This document shows, one piece after another, positions 20,963 through 35,600 of a DNA stretch of 64,000 bases. A model generated the notes under the pieces. The model saw only the letters and a program-made list of their open reading frames with translations. It ran no database searches and was not told where the DNA came from. The translations under genes and the position numbers were made by a program. Numbering within the stretch: position 1 is the first letter of the stretch; each line of letters starts with the position of its first letter. This DNA comes from Pristiophorus japonicus (taxonomy: Eukaryota): the NCBI RefSeq assembly GCF_044704955.1, contig NC_091991.1:162502001-162566000 (forward strand), read 5' to 3'.

Positions 20963-23857
20963 CAATAATAAATGTAAATATAAAATATAAATACATATAT
21001 AATTTTGTATGATAATAAAAATTAATTCTTGTAAGTAACATTTCTGATTTAAAATTTCTGTACCATTTATTTGCATGGATTTTCCCTAATTTATTATTAG
21101 AATAGTAATTTGAGAGTAGCTTGTTCACATGTTCTTTTTGGATTAGCGCTTATAGCTTATCAGAGAGCAATAGACCATGATCAGCACTTGCACCATGGCT
21201 ACTTTGTAGGCCTAATAGCCTCATTGCTTCCTTGATCTGTGTCGCACTCACTTGTGTGTCACTTGTGAAGATAAGGCCCTGTTGACACATGTGGAAATAA
21301 AAGGCCTTTAATAGTGTTAGGGAGATATAAACAATAGTTGAACTAAACATGCCAGTGTTTATGTTGATGTCGACATACATGGTAAGTATTTGGTGACTGT
21401 CACTTCACTTTGTCAATATCAGCGAGGTGTCGCCATAAGTGGATAGAACCATATTGTAGTGCTAAACACAGGATTAAAAAATTAATGGCATTTTAGCAGA
21501 AAGTCAGTTGAAGTTGTTTTGTAACTTTATCATTGTGTTGTCTCATTTTTAGAAGGATGTTTTTTATTTTCATTGTTAACTTTGTATACAGCTATTATGA
21601 AGTGATATAGAGTGATAGTGTCTGAATGCTGCATAAAGCACCTTCCTTCACAGCACACTATCAAAGAGATACGCCATGGAAGAAGAACTGTTGTAAGTAA
21701 TTTTTTGTGTTACAAAATATGATACAAACATATTTCACTGCATGACAAATGTGAAGATTTTTTGTCCAAGCAGAGGTGGGTTTTTTGTTAGATTTTGTTA
21801 TTTAAGGAGTTTATCAGGCTAACGTTCTTTTAAACAATGAGATCCATGTAACAGTGTATATCTAATTGTGAAGAGTTTAAAAAATAACTATTGCATGGTT
21901 CTGCATTAAAAATAAAACAGTTCTTCATCTTCAGTGCAAATAACTATTTCGCTGATTTAAGAAAACACACATCAGCCCTAACAAACTTAGAATGTGAATA
22001 GAAGCAAAATACACTCAAAGTTTAATATGGGGCTCCCTCTTCCAAAAAGCTGTGGAGGCTAGGTCAATTGAAAATTTAAAAACTGAGATTGACAAATTTT
22101 TGTTACGCAAGAGTTTAAGGGTTACAAAAAAAGGCAGGTAAATGGAGTTAAGATACAGATCTGCCATGATCTAATTGAATGGCGGAACAGGCTCAAGGGA
22201 CAGAATGGCCTACTCCTATGTTCCAAAGAAGGAAAGAACTAATTTTAGATAAGGTGCCTTTAAAAAATATATACAGGCAGTGCGTTTCACTGCAGTATGT
22301 TTCCAGTGCAATCCATCACAGTTCAGTGCATTCACCGCAGGCCTTTTCAACTCAGCTCTTTAGAATCCAATTCCATTCACTCATTATCATTTCAGTACAC
22401 TCCACGGGCTTCTATATTGTGTTTTTTTTTATATAGTACAAAACCCACCTTTCAGATCAGCACCACAACAGACTCTGGTCAAGTGTCCAGAGACAGAGCT
22501 TTTGCTGCTTTCCTGGGAGGGATTGTGTTAGAGAAACACGCTTGCAGCAGGTCAAGCAGACAGCCGGAGCTGTGATTGGAGGTTGCGTGGTGACGATTTG
22601 ATTGGCCAGACGAAGGATACATTTCCGAGGCGTTGACAGATGGTGGAGGAGCCTGGAACAGTATGGAGCTAGCTGAGGAGCAAGTGCAGGTAAAGGGCAG
22701 CATTGGCTGTTTGAACTGTGTCGAATAGGGACAGAAGCACAGCATCAAAGCGTAGGTGTCTCCCGTCAGTCATTCATTGGCCGCGTTCGGTGAAAATCAT
22801 GCGGCCTCTTGCCCGAAATTAGTCCTGTTTCGGCTTTCAATGAAGCCAGCGGTGTATAAATGAGCTTTGGGTTCGAGTTTATTGCCGGTCGCCACCAACC
22901 CGGTTCATGCTGACTGGTAGTGGGAGAACTTTCTCCAGGGAGCGGCTGTGGCGTCTGAGCCACTCCAGAGGCTTATACACCCACCTCATCCTTTATAACC
23001 CAGCCTTCCTACCCCACCCGAGCCTTCTTACCCCTCTCTGTATGTCATCTCCCCTGCACACCCCCCCCCCCTTCTTACCCCCTCCCTACCCCCCTCCCTG
23101 TATGTCGTTCCCCTGCCTTCCTACACCACCCTGTATGTTGTTTCTTTCCCCCCCCCCCTCTCTTCCTACACCACCCTATATTAACCCATCCTTTATTGCC
23201 CCAACGTTCTGACCCTCATCTTTCCTTTTATTTCTCCAATCATTCTATCTCCATTTTTGCTTTATTTCCCCACATTTCCCAGGCCTTTCAAAATATTTTT
23301 TGGAGCTGAAGGAACTGGGAAGGCCTGTAAAGTTTTGTAATGGGATGGATCGTTTTGTGGTGGGAGTGGGTGTTTGGAGATATGGAAGTTTACTTTTAAT
23401 TTGATATGTTAGTACTTCTTGAAGTGAACTTTTATATCTAATGTGTTAGATACAGAAACTTTTTTTAAGCCAGTTATTAATTTTTACTAATCTAGAGCTA
23501 GAAATTTACAATTGCCCTCTGATTTTTTTTCCCCCCCCACTACATTTTAAAGGTATTGGATAAATGCAAATTTGCTTTCTGCAGTTTGCAAGTAGCTCCA
23601 ATTACTTGGATTTGCCTACTTTAGACCATGTTCTCATGAGGTGCCTTTAAGTGGACAGGCCAAATTAGCAGCTAAATGCTACAACTGTGCTTCAGACCCC
23701 AGGATACCCATGAGCAATGACATAGGAAATCTGCTAATTTGTGTAAATATCTTCTGACTTTGCAATTAGGAAAATAATTGACATCACTTGCTAGTATTAC
23801 CTTTTTTTGAATGTAAATACACCATTTGGTGCAAATCTCCTAGTGTGTTATATACTC

Positions 23858-24750
23858 TTGATTTATGTCAACATCTTCACCGAGGTGTACGGAAGCATGG
23901 GCCTTACACGAAACATCTAAAACAAAGGCCCTCCACCAACCTGACCCCGCCACACAGCACTGCACCCCCCCGGTCATCAAAATCCATGTTGTGGCCTTGG
24001 ACAACGTGGACCACTTTCCATACCTTGGGAACCTACTATCAGCAAGGGCATCGATGACGTGGTCCAACACTGCCTCTGGTGCGCCAGCGCAGCCTTCGGT
24101 CGCCTGAGGAAGAGAGTGTTCAAAGACCAGACCCTCAAATCTGACACCAAGCTTATGGTCTTCAGGGCTGTGATGATACCCACCCTCCTGTAGGCTCAGA
24201 CATGGACCATATACAATAGACACCTCAAATTGCTGGAGGAGTATCACCAATGATGTCTCCGCAAGATCCTTTAAATCCCCTGGGAGGATAGATGCACCAA
24301 CGTCTGTGTTCTCGCTCAGGCCAACATCCCAGCTTCGAAGCACTGACCACACTCTACCAGTTCCCTTGGGTGGGCCACATTGTCTGCATGCCTGACACAA
24401 GCCTCCCAAAGCAAGCGCTCTACTCTGAACTCCTATACAGAAACAATTCCCAGGTGGGCAGATGAAATGTTTCAAGGACACTCTCGAAGCCTCCTTGATA
24501 AAGTGCAACATCCCCACTGACACCTGGGAGTCCCTGGCCAAAGACTGCCTAAGTGGAGGAAGAGCATCCGGCAGCAGCGGAAGGAGTGTGCGGCAAACCA
24601 GACTACCCACCCACCCTTTCCTTTAACCACTGTCTGTTCCACCTGTGACAGAGACTGTAATTCCCATATTGGACTGTACAGTCACCTGAGAACTCACTTT
24701 GAGAGTGGAAGCAAGTCTTCCTTGATTTCGAGGGACTGCCGATGATAATT
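23858..24750 (+). mobile_element. RTE-clade LINE 3' fragment
   Basis: LDNVDHFPYLGNLLS; AFGRLRKRVF-type sequence; 3' tail gagggactgccgatgat. Confidence 0.85.
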
Positions 24751-24795
24751 ATGTATGTGTGAATAATTCGTGGTTTTGTCCCCTCTTCTGGGATT

Positions 24796-24867
24796 AGGGA
24801 TGTAACTCAGTTGTGGGTAATCTATTTTGTATGCATGAGGTCCAGGGCTCAATCCTTGGCACCTCCA
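24796..24867 (+). pseudogene. Degenerate tRNA-Ala-like pseudogene
   Basis: gggatgtaactcagtt...tttgtatgcatgaggtccagggctcaatccttggcacctcca aligns by eye with vertebrate tRNA-Ala (GGGGATGTAGCTCAG...GAGGTCCCGGGTTCGATCCCCGGCATCTCCA) but with mutated A/B boxes. Confidence 0.6.
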
Positions 24868-25339
24868 AAGAAAAAACTACTCTTCTGGATTCCTTTTTTT
24901 GAATTCATGTACTTTTTAAGCAAGAATACAGGACTCGACCTGAACAAATGTCCTGTTCATCTCTTTAAAATTAGCTGATCTTTCATGATGCTCGTGTGGT
25001 GGGGTGGGTGGGGGGAGCTCTCATCATGTCATGTGACTGCTGTCACCAGAGTTGCCTTTTTCATCTTTTTTTTTAATGTCTGCCATTTTGTTCCTGTGTT
25101 GTACTTTACTGCAATGTGATGTCACACAGGCAGACAGACTTGGATTTATATGGCGCCTTTCACGACCACCGGACGTCTCAAAGCGCTTTACAGCCAATGA
25201 AGTACTTTTGGAATGTAGTCACTGTTGAAATATAGGCAACGTGGCAGCCACTTTGCATACAATGACCAGATAATCTGTTTTTTGTTATGTAGATTGAGGG
25301 ATAAATATTTGCAGTAACTATATTTCTACCAAGTCCAGC

Positions 25340-25630
25340 TTGCTTCTGCGCATGCGCAGAAGCAAGAGTTAGGACAAATATCATTGCCCCCCCCCCCCCC
25401 CCCCAGCGCAATTCCCACGAACCTTTTTCCACGCATGCGTTCAACACCACGTTGCCTCCACTGAGCAGCCAAATGCATCTGCCAAGGCTTCCACAGCCAG
25501 AGAGAACGATAACGGAAAGAACGAGCCTGGGCGGGGCTGAATAAGAGAGGGATCTCGGAAGACTGATCATGTTTTTCCTACCCTCTGGTGTGTGCAAGCT
25601 CGGCGCATGTTTTACAAGCGACGTCGTTTG
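25340..25630. promoter_or_regulatory. CpG-containing promoter-like segment upstream of RNF151 coding exons
   Basis: Perfect NRF1 palindrome TGCGCATGCGCA near 25347-25358, ACGCATGCGT near 25431, GC box GGGCGGGG near 25529. Confidence 0.5.
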
Positions 25631-26979
25631 GGTGGATGAAATCCAGAAGTAATGACACTAACTATTCAACATTCCTAATAAATATGTTAACAAGCCACAC
25701 ACACTGCCCCATCTATGGGGGGGGGAGGGGGGGTTTAAGGTCTTGCGCTTGGGTAAGGGTTTTCAGCTGGCAGAGGGATGCACTTGCGCTGGGGTAAGGG
25801 ACATCGGCTGGAACTTGGTGGCTTTTGGGGAGATCTATCCTCTAGCTTCTGAAGTCAAAATGGATCGAATTACAAATTGGAAATTCACTCAGAACTTGGG
25901 CTGGGTGGTTCCAGTTACACATTCCAGAGGAACTTCAGGGTGTGGCTTATCCTCCAAGGGGACCAATCAGAGAAACGGCTGCATTTCAGTTAGTCCAAAT
26001 AGACACATCCATAAATATTGGCCAGGACACCGGGGATAACTTGACGGTTTGTTTCCCACTGGCTCTCTGTGTCACCATGTGCATTTTATTAATTTCCATG
26101 CATAGATTTAAGTAATGGAAAGGAAAGTTGATTAACACACCGGCCCTGTTATAGCTGTAGGAGACATTGATCTCAGGTCGTAGCAGAAGGTCCAAGTGTC
26201 AAATGCAAATTGGTTGATTGCTGTTGGAGATAGTAATTGTTGGGGAAGGTATGGGGGGGGGCACTGTTGACAAGTAGCCTGGAAATAATTTTTGAACGGC
26301 CTACTGAGTCACAAACTTATGGGCCCAATAGTCATTTCGGGAATCTAGGACTAGGGAAGCATAGTTTAAGAATAAGGGGTCGCCCATTTAGAACTGATGA
26401 GAAATTTCTTCTCAGTGGGTTGAAAATCTGTGGAATTCTCTACCCTAGAGAGCTGTGGAGGCTGGGTCATTGAATATATTTAAGCTGGAGATAGACAGAT
26501 TTTTGAACGATAAGGAAGTGAAGGGGCAGGGAAGTGGAGTTGAGCCCAAGATCAGATCAGCCATGATCTTCTTGAATGGCAGTGCAGGCTTGAGGGGCCA
26601 AATGGCCTACTCCTCTTATTTCTTATGTTCTTATGCTCTTGTGTTCAGACCATGCACCAATTGCGCTCTCACTCACCCCCGCTAATCACCCTTCCTTCGT
26701 CATCCTGATTCTGGCACCTCAACCCAGTCTTGCTTGATGACCTCAGAGCTTCATTTCTTCCTCCCTGCTAAACTTGCCTGCTGCAACGCTGAAGTGCAGG
26801 GACTCTATACTGTTGTGGGAAACCATCAAAACAGTCCACAAGGGATCACATGAATCACCATCACCTCCAAGAGGCATTGTGGTTCACAGATACAAAATGA
26901 GTTTGGCCTGCAGGGAGGTCCTTGCTGCCTGCCTCTCTTCTATAGTCTTGTTCATGCCTGGATGGTCCTAAAGAAGGGA

Positions 26980-28440
26980 GCGTAGGAACAGAAGTAGGCC
27001 ATTTAGCCCCTCAAACCTGTTTTGCCAATCTGAGATCATGGCTGATCTGCGACCTAACCTTACACACCCGCCTTTGCCCCATATCCCTTAATGTCTTTGG
27101 TTAACAAATCAGTTTCCGGTTTAAAATTAACAATTGATCCAGCATCAATTGCCGTTTGCAGAAGAGTTCCAAACTTCTACCTTTTGTTTCCTAATTTCAC
27201 TCCTGAAAGGTCTGGCTTTAATTTTTAGACTAGCAGAAATAGTTTCTTCCCCTTAATACCTTAAATTTTGATCAGATCACCTCTTGACCATCTAAATTCT
27301 GGAGAATATAAACCTAATTTGTGTAATCTCTCCTTTTTGTAAGTTAACCCTTGAAGACTGGGTATCATTCTAGTAAACCTCTGCTGCACTCACTCCAAGG
27401 CCAATATATCCTTCCTAAGGTGTGGTACCCAGAACTACTCTCAGTACTACAAGTGTGGTCTAACCAGGGCTTTGTATAGTTGCAGCATAACTTCTATCCC
27501 TTTGTATTCTAGTCCTCTAGATATAAAGGCTGGCTTTTTTGATTATTTTCTGTACCTGTTCATGACAGTTTAATGATCTCTCAACCCCCACGTCTCTTTG
27601 GACCGCCACTGTTTTTTGCTTTTGACCATTTTAGAAAGTGCTCTGTTCTGACTTTTTTTTTAGGTCCAAGTGGATGACCTCTGATCTACCTAAATTGAAA
27701 GCCATTTGCCACCGTTTTGGCCAATCACCTTAATCTATCGATATTCCCTTTGTAATTTTATGCTTTCATCTACACTGCCTACATTGCTGCCTATCTTTGT
27801 CATCAGCAAATTTGGAGATATGGCTTTCTGTGCCATCATCTAAGTGGTTAATAAATGCTGTGAATCCTGCGGGACACCACGAATCACATTCTTCCAATTA
27901 AGTACCTGCCCATTATCCTGTCTCCTGTCGCTCAACCAATTTCCTAACCAGGTCAATAATTTGCTTTCAATTCCGTGGGCTTCTACCTTAGTTAACAGTC
28001 TCTTATGAGGGACTTTATCAAATGCCTTCTGGAACTCCATATAAATAACATTCATGGACATTCTCCTGTCCAGTACTTTAGTCACCACCTCAAAAAAAAT
28101 TCAGTCCGGTTTGTCCGGCATGATCTATCTTTCACAAATTCATGCTGGCTCTCTCTCTGATCAACTGAGAATTTTCAACATGTTCCATCACTCTATCCTT
28201 TTAATTATAATAATTTTCTGACAACAGATGTTCGGCTAACTAGTCTACGATTCCCTGGTTTCCCCCCTCACGATTCTTAAACAGCGGAGTGACATGCACA
28301 ATTTTCCAATCTAAAGGACCTTTTCTTGAATAAAGAGAACTTTTTAGAAGATTATAGTTGGGGCATCTGCAACGTGCTCACCTACATTCTTTAAAACCCT
28401 GGGATGGTAACCATCTTGTCCAAGGGATTTGTCACCCTTA
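26980..28440 (-). mobile_element. Old CR1 LINE fragment
   Basis: VIYMEFQKAFDKVPHKRLLTKVEAHGIE; CR1 tail at ~26985-27050. Confidence 0.8.
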
Positions 28441-29675
28441 TTGATCAATTCAAAATAGACATAATTGTTGCTTACTTGAGAGTTGAACAAAAGATGAGTG
28501 ATGATCCCAAATCCCAACAACTAGACCATCAAAAAGACAGCACTGTAGTGGCTCTGAGAGGGTAGAGGGGAATTCAGTAGCTGGTTGCTGAAAAGCTCCT
28601 GCAGTATATCACTCTGCTGCAAACAAGATGATGAGCTGGGAAAGCTCCTCGCATACACTGCAAATACATAACTGTACTATTACAGCAATGAAGTGACTGA
28701 CCGTAACCTCATCTCTGAGCCTAGTGTGACAAATAACGTTTTCCACTACTATGCATCATGGCCTATGTCACAGTCTCTGAAATAAGGGTTCGGCCATTTA
28801 GGACTGAGATGAGGAGAAATTTCTTCACGCAAAGGGCCGTGAATCTTTGGAATCCTCTATCCCAGAGGGCTGTGGATGCTCAGTTGTTCTGTATATTCAA
28901 GACAGAGATCGATTTTTGGATACTAAGGGACTTGAGGGATGTTGGGATAGTCATGATATTGAATGATGGAACAGGCTCAAAGGGCTGAATGACCTACTCC
29001 TCCTGTTTGTTATGTTCCTATGATAGAGATGAAGGTGATATGATTGTGGAGGATGACTTTGGTGGTTCCCATTGTGTGTTGTCCCTGATGCCCAGGTGTT
29101 CAAGCTTCACCTGGGCATGAAACGGTATAATACCTTTCCAGCCTCTCCCTCCCAGGAAAGCATGCAGTTTTTCAGTGCTCTAATCTCAACTGGTGAGCTC
29201 CAGCTCATTGAAAAGCCCCCAATCTGGGAAAGACTTGATCTGATGACTGTCCTCTGAAGTTTTACAAGGCTCTAAACCTGGAGCTCACTCCTTTCCACTA
29301 TTTGTTGGAGGCAGTCTCTCATACATCTTCAAGGTAGCCACAATCCTGTTTCTACATTTAAAAAGGCAAGGATCCCACCCAGGGCTCATCGAACTGCTCC
29401 CACAAGAAAAAGGTATTGGGGAAGGAAACGCTTGAACTGTACTATATGTGACGGGACCTCCATTTAGCGTTATTGGAGGGGGATGGTTGGAAGTAGCAAA
29501 TTCCCTACCACTTTCTCTGAGATTGTAATTTCCCCATTTCCCCCTCTCTCCTAACTTAAGTACGACACACTGCCTATTTTCCTCCTCCTCTGTTCCTTCC
29601 TCAACTCGCTCTTCAAAGTACAGGTTGGGATAGAATCTAAAACACAGCTTTCTATTTGTGTTTTTTCTTCATTAG

Positions 29676-32600
29676 GATTCTGGATATGATATTGAGCTGT
29701 TTGTAAAAGCCCCAGACCCTGAATTCATCTGTACCATCTGTCATGGTGTGCTCAATGGTCCTGTGGAACTTGGCTGCCAACATGTCTTCTGCAATAGCTG
29801 CATTGCGAAATGGCTTGCAAGGTAAAGACTACTTGCTAATAACTTCTTAAATCAAGAATTGTGCATGTATTTATTATTTTGATGGAGTGCATACTTGTAA
29901 ACTTTGAGCAATACAAAACCGGGAGACTTCAGTATGAAATTCTGTGTTTGAAATCTACTTTGAAAGTAGGGATCTGTGTCGAACTTTGGTTGAAAATGTT
30001 GAACCGTTGATTTCTCAAAGTTTAATTTTGATCCATCTCATTTATGTTAATTTTAAAGTTGAAATACATGGAAATATTTTCAGGATATGCTTCATTCCCA
30101 TACCCAGAGGTGTAGTGCCTGCTGTTAGCTAGCATCCAACCAGCTAACTGTACTGGCATTTGTGGGACTATTTTTCTATGTGGACACTTTTTTTTCTCTT
30201 TTTTTTTTTCCTCCCCCCTTCTGCCCCACGTAAACAAAAACAGTAACTGAATTCCATTCAGAATAAGATCGGTCTAAAGTGTTACATTTTGGGGGGGGAT
30301 TAATCAATGTAAGAGAATTCAACTGTGGAACGTTTTTGCCCTTGGCATATCCAACATCAAACACTTCCACATGATGCATGTTACCATTCTCTCTACTTTG
30401 CTCTCGAGCATTGTGGTGTCTTCCACTGAAGAAGAATACCAGTATGAGATTTCTCTTTCCCTCTGCAGCTTTTTAAAAAATTGATAATTCTGTGTTGTGG
30501 TCTCTCCTACTAAAAATAGATTGTCCCATTCTAGAGACCGAGAGAAACATTGTCTAGACTAGATCTGAATCTAGTTTCAAAAAGTTAAAGTATGCCCTTC
30601 TAATTTAGTGCTGCCCAGTCACCACCATTTTAGAGTAAGTGCGCATTATTTAGGAAACTGGTTTTTTTTCTACTAAGTGCACATTCTTTCTTGAGCATTT
30701 TTTTTTGGAAGTACAGGGATTTGCTTTAAAACCACTAACTTGCATTGATAGTTGTATCTCCGATAGTGAAGTCCCACAGCAGCTTCCCCTCCCGTGGAGC
30801 AGTAGCTGTGTGTGATGCAGAGCCTAAGCTCCTGTTCGGCCATGGTCCGCACGGAGTTTGTTGAATTCACCTGGGGTGGCATTGGGATTACGAGTTAGCC
30901 TCGCTGCTCCCAGGATGTGATTGTGAAGACTAGATGAAGTATGTATTTAAATGTTACTAGGATGTATTGGAGGTATATTTTAGGAAACCAATGTAAAGGG
31001 ATTTGGTGGCTTATACATGCAAGTTATAATACAGAACCCCCAAATTTGTTTTACAACTTTTAAAAAGTTAAACTATAAAGCCGAGTGCCCCCTTTATTAT
31101 TAAAGAGACACTAGAACATACAAATTCAGATTTGGTTGCCGTGGGTGGTGATGCACTCCAGTCCCTCCGGTGCCCACCTCTCGCAGAAGGCTGCGAGCGT
31201 ACTGGTGGACACCGCGTGCTCCATCTCCAGGGACACCCTGGCACGAATGTACAAATTTGTTTTACAAAATATATGGTTCCAAGTGTTCTGTGTAATCATG
31301 AGCAATCCAGTGGATTAACTGGTGGAAATATTTTCCAAATTGTGATTGTAATATATTCAGGAACAAAGCTGAGTTTCCTTATGCTTAATGTAATACGATT
31401 TTCTTTAGGAAGCGGGAGTGTCCTTATTGCAGGAAGCAGGTGAAAAGTGAGGCTCGATCTGTGGTACCTATGATCCATAATTTGATTGGTCGATTGATCA
31501 TGAAGGTGAATTGTGGGCATTATCGGCATAACTGGAGGGCTAGAAGTTAAACTCTATATCCTGTCTTAAGGATGCCGATTGTATAGCGCTGCGGAGTGAT
31601 AAGGTGTATGTTTCTGTCCTACGATTTCTAATGCACTGCATTTCCGCCTTCCGAGTAGTGGCACAAAAATGCTGAGGGAATTTGTCTTGTTATGGGGGAG
31701 GGGGCAAGAAGGAAAAATTGTAGATAACTAGCTTTCCTGCATCAACATTTGATTAGTACTGTAGGGGGTTGGGGACAGGTCTTCAGCCTGCCTCTTGATT
31801 TGATTTGGAAAGAGAATAAAGGAACCACTAACCATTTCAGATGGCAAATCAGTGTATTTTAGAATTCATCTCATAGAATCTTGCAGCACAGAAGGCCATT
31901 TGGCCCATCGTGCCTGTGATGGCTTTGCTTTGTTTCCTACATTACAACAGTGACTACACTTCAAATGTACTTCATTGCCTGTAAAGCACTTTGGGATGTC
32001 CTGAGGTTGTAAAAGGTGCTATAGAAATACAAGTCCCCAGAAGCTACGATTCTTTGTCCATTAACAAAATATTCCAGTCAGACCCTTTTTATTATATCCT
32101 TCTTGTCCTAAAACAATTGAAATTCTCCAAGTTGGCTGTCGGGTCATTCCTGGTTATACATCCTTCCCTGGAACAACAAATCATACTGCACGAAAGTAGT
32201 CGATCTGTATCTGTCAGATTCCAAAAACGGATACTGAAGGGATGGAAATTGGAAGCTGAACATTCTCTCTGGAGTATGACAGGTCTTCCAAACTTAAGCA
32301 AGTCCTGGCAGATGGAAACTCAGTATTGATTCCAATCACCGCTCTTTTGTTCTTAAATAAAACTAAGAAGTTGAGAACGTGCCATTCAGGTGAGATCATG
32401 GCTGATCTTCTAACTCAACTCCACTATCCCCATATCCCTTGATTCCCTTAGTATCCAAAAATCAATCTCTTTCTGTCTTAAATATGACTGAGCTTCCACA
32501 GCCCTCTGGGGTAGAGAATTCCAAAACTTCACCACCCTGAGTGAAGTTTATCCTCATCTCAGTCCTAAATGGCCAACCCCTTATCCGGAGACTGTGACCC

Positions 32601-35600
32601 CTGGTCTAGACTCCTCCACCAAAGGAAATATCCTCCCAGCATCCACCCTCACAATCTATTTTGATTTACTTTTTCTATACATTAGTACCCCTAAGGTCCA
32701 GGTGTATGCACTATTTTCTGGGCTGATTATTATACTGGGTTTCTTTAATTAAAAAAAACACTTATTAAAAAAAAAATGATTAACTGCTCTAATGTTTTCT
32801 AAATGCTAACAGCTCTTTGTTTCTATATATGTAGTGTGAAAACAGAGTCTATGGTTGTCGGGACACAATGCCACTTGAACAGTACACAAACCACATCGCT
32901 GCTTGTGAATTTAGAATAGTGAGGTGCAGCTATGAAGCTTGCACCACTGCAGTGTTTCACAAGAACCTTGCTGCCCATGAAGAAGTCTGCGAGCACTGGA
33001 ACCAGCCATGCAGAATGGGATGTGGAGCCCAGCTTACCCGGGATCAGCTGGAGGAGCACAATTGTTACAGGGACGTGAAGAGAAAATACAAGGAAAAGAT
33101 AACGGTTCTCAAAAGCCGTTTGAGTCGGATGCGCTGCCGCCTAAAGCTGGTCGAGGGAATTGTTCAGGATTTTGCTGCGGAGAATCCCTTCGAGGTTTCA
33201 GAATCAAGTATCTATGGAGATACTGGTGAGTAATCATGGCTCGATGCAGAATAGATTAGTCTCTTGTGGGTGCGCTGCAGAATAACAGCAAGAACCAAGT
33301 TACAATTTTGTGTTTTATACTGCCTGAACTTTAAATCTGACTATCTCGGCTGTGGTGTGCTCTTTTGTCACAGCATCTTACAGAAAGAGGTGGGTGGCAG
33401 CATTGCTCTCCAAGCAATGATCCAGTTTTCAACTCTCGAAGGATACACTTGAGCTGGTGGCAATTCATGTACATAGATTCTAATGGCAAAGATGGAAATT
33501 CTAGCTTTAAGCCAGAAGAGCAATGCTCTATTTTTGGTAGCTTAGAAATTGCCGACCACTCCCTACCCCTGCTATCTAAAATCCCAAAGCCTGACTTGCA
33601 CAACCTCTAACAGCTGCAGAGTTTCTAAGTTAGAATGACCTTCCCAAGCATAAAGGCACACAAGATTTGAATGGTCTGCGTTCTATGTAAAACTGAGCTA
33701 TGTAAGTTGCTATGTAATCTAACATGAAGCCAGTGAGTGGGAGATTTCAGAAATTCCTCTTTCTCTCTCTCGTTAGACTGCAGTTGGGTAGTGATGCTGA
33801 CTAGTTGTGAAATTGAATTCAATAAATCCAGTAATCTGTGGGCTGGGCCTCTGAGAAATGACCATCAAAGCTGCTGCTTTTTCATTAAAAATCCAACTAA
33901 TATCGTTCAGGGTAGTGAACCTGCCACCCTGACCCAGCCTGACCGACATGTGACCACACTACATACTTTACTGCTAATGGCCCAGCAAGCCACTCAGCTG
34001 TACAACAATCACTTGGGGAAATAGATATAGTCCTGATAGCATCTCCCACATCCAAAGAGCAAATTCAAAAGCCATTATGGGGTATCTGACTCTCCAATTT
34101 TGGATGGTAGATAGCAATCCAGGTGTGCCTATCCCCTTCAGAAACGCGCTGAGCCAGGAACTCGGGTAGCAGCCTTAAGATAAAAATTGGCATCTGTGAT
34201 TCAATTTTATGTAGTGATTTTTAACAGTTGCAGGACATTTTTTTTTAAAATTCGTTCTGGGATGTCGTAGGCAAGGCCAGCATTTGTTGCCCAACCCTAG
34301 TTGCCCTCGGTGGTGGTGGTAATGAGCTGCCGCCTTGAACCGCTGCAGTCCGTGTGGTGAAGGCACTCCCACAGTGCTGTTAGGGAGGGAGTTCTAGAAT
34401 TGTGACCCAGTGACTATGAAGGAAAGACGATATATTTCCAAGTCAGGATGGTGTGTAACTTGGAGGGGAACTTGCAGGTGATGGTGTTCCCATTCGCCTG
34501 CTGCCCTTGTCCTTCTAGGTGACACAGGTCACGGGTTTGGAAGATGCTGCCAAAGAAGCTGTGGCGAGTTATACATGACATCTTATATGTGGCACGCACT
34601 GCAGCCATGGTGTGCTGGTGGTGGGAGGGAGTGAATGTTGAAGGTGGTGGATGGGGTGCCAATCAAGCGGGCTGCTTTGTCCTGGATGGCGTCGAGCTTC
34701 TTGAGTATTGTTGGAGCTGCACTGATCCAGGCAAGTGGAGAGTATTCCATCACACTCCAGACTTGTACCTTGTAGATGGTGGAAAGGCTTTAGGGAGTCA
34801 GGAGGTGAGACACTCGCTGCAGAATACCCAGCCTCTGACCTGCTTTTGTAGCCACAGTAATTATGTGGCTGGTCCAGTTAAGTTTCTGGTCAATGGTGAC
34901 ACCCCCCCCCCCCCTCCCACAGGACTGTAGCTGAACATGAGGAGAGCAAGTTGTTTCAGGCCACTGTTCACTTCTGGTGACCCAGTAGTGTCTGAGTGCG
35001 CTCTCATTCTAAACTGACGGACCTCTGTGCAGTCCTATTGGATGCTGTCATCGGCCAGTACAGATCACTTTTTTGAGATGAAAAGCACAACTGGTGTATT
35101 CTGTCTTTTAGAAAATGAAGACTTGACGGCTGAAGACTTGGCCACTGAAGCCCAGGAAGCAGACAACTGTGATGCATCAGGATACAGTGAAAATGAAAGT
35201 CAGTACTCCTGGAACTCCTTAAATGGTGTAGAAAATGGAGATGAGCTGCCAACGGATGATGGTAAGTTGAGAAGGGGATGAGAACTTTATTATTGAATTC
35301 ATAGACCATTTGGTAGTGAGTTTTTCAATAGCATGATCTAGTCAGCATTGTCGGGGTTAGGTTAAAGTTGACATTGTAATTTTGAGCTATTGTATAGAAA
35401 AAGTACATTGTGAAGAACAATAATGAGTGGGTTTTAATGTATGTAATGTGCTTTTTTTCTCTTTTCCTTCCTGACTCCTGTCCTGCATGTGTGGCCAACA
35501 GCAGATGAATCACTTGCATTGTATCTATGACCATCCATTTTGTGCTTTATCATTCCATGTTTCTTTATTAACCAATTTGATCACCGCTCAGGTGCGAAAT

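Noticed and set aside
24796-24867. Functional tRNA-Ala gene
   Set aside because: D-arm, anticodon arm and B box are mutated (ggctcaa instead of ggttcga); treated as a pseudogene.
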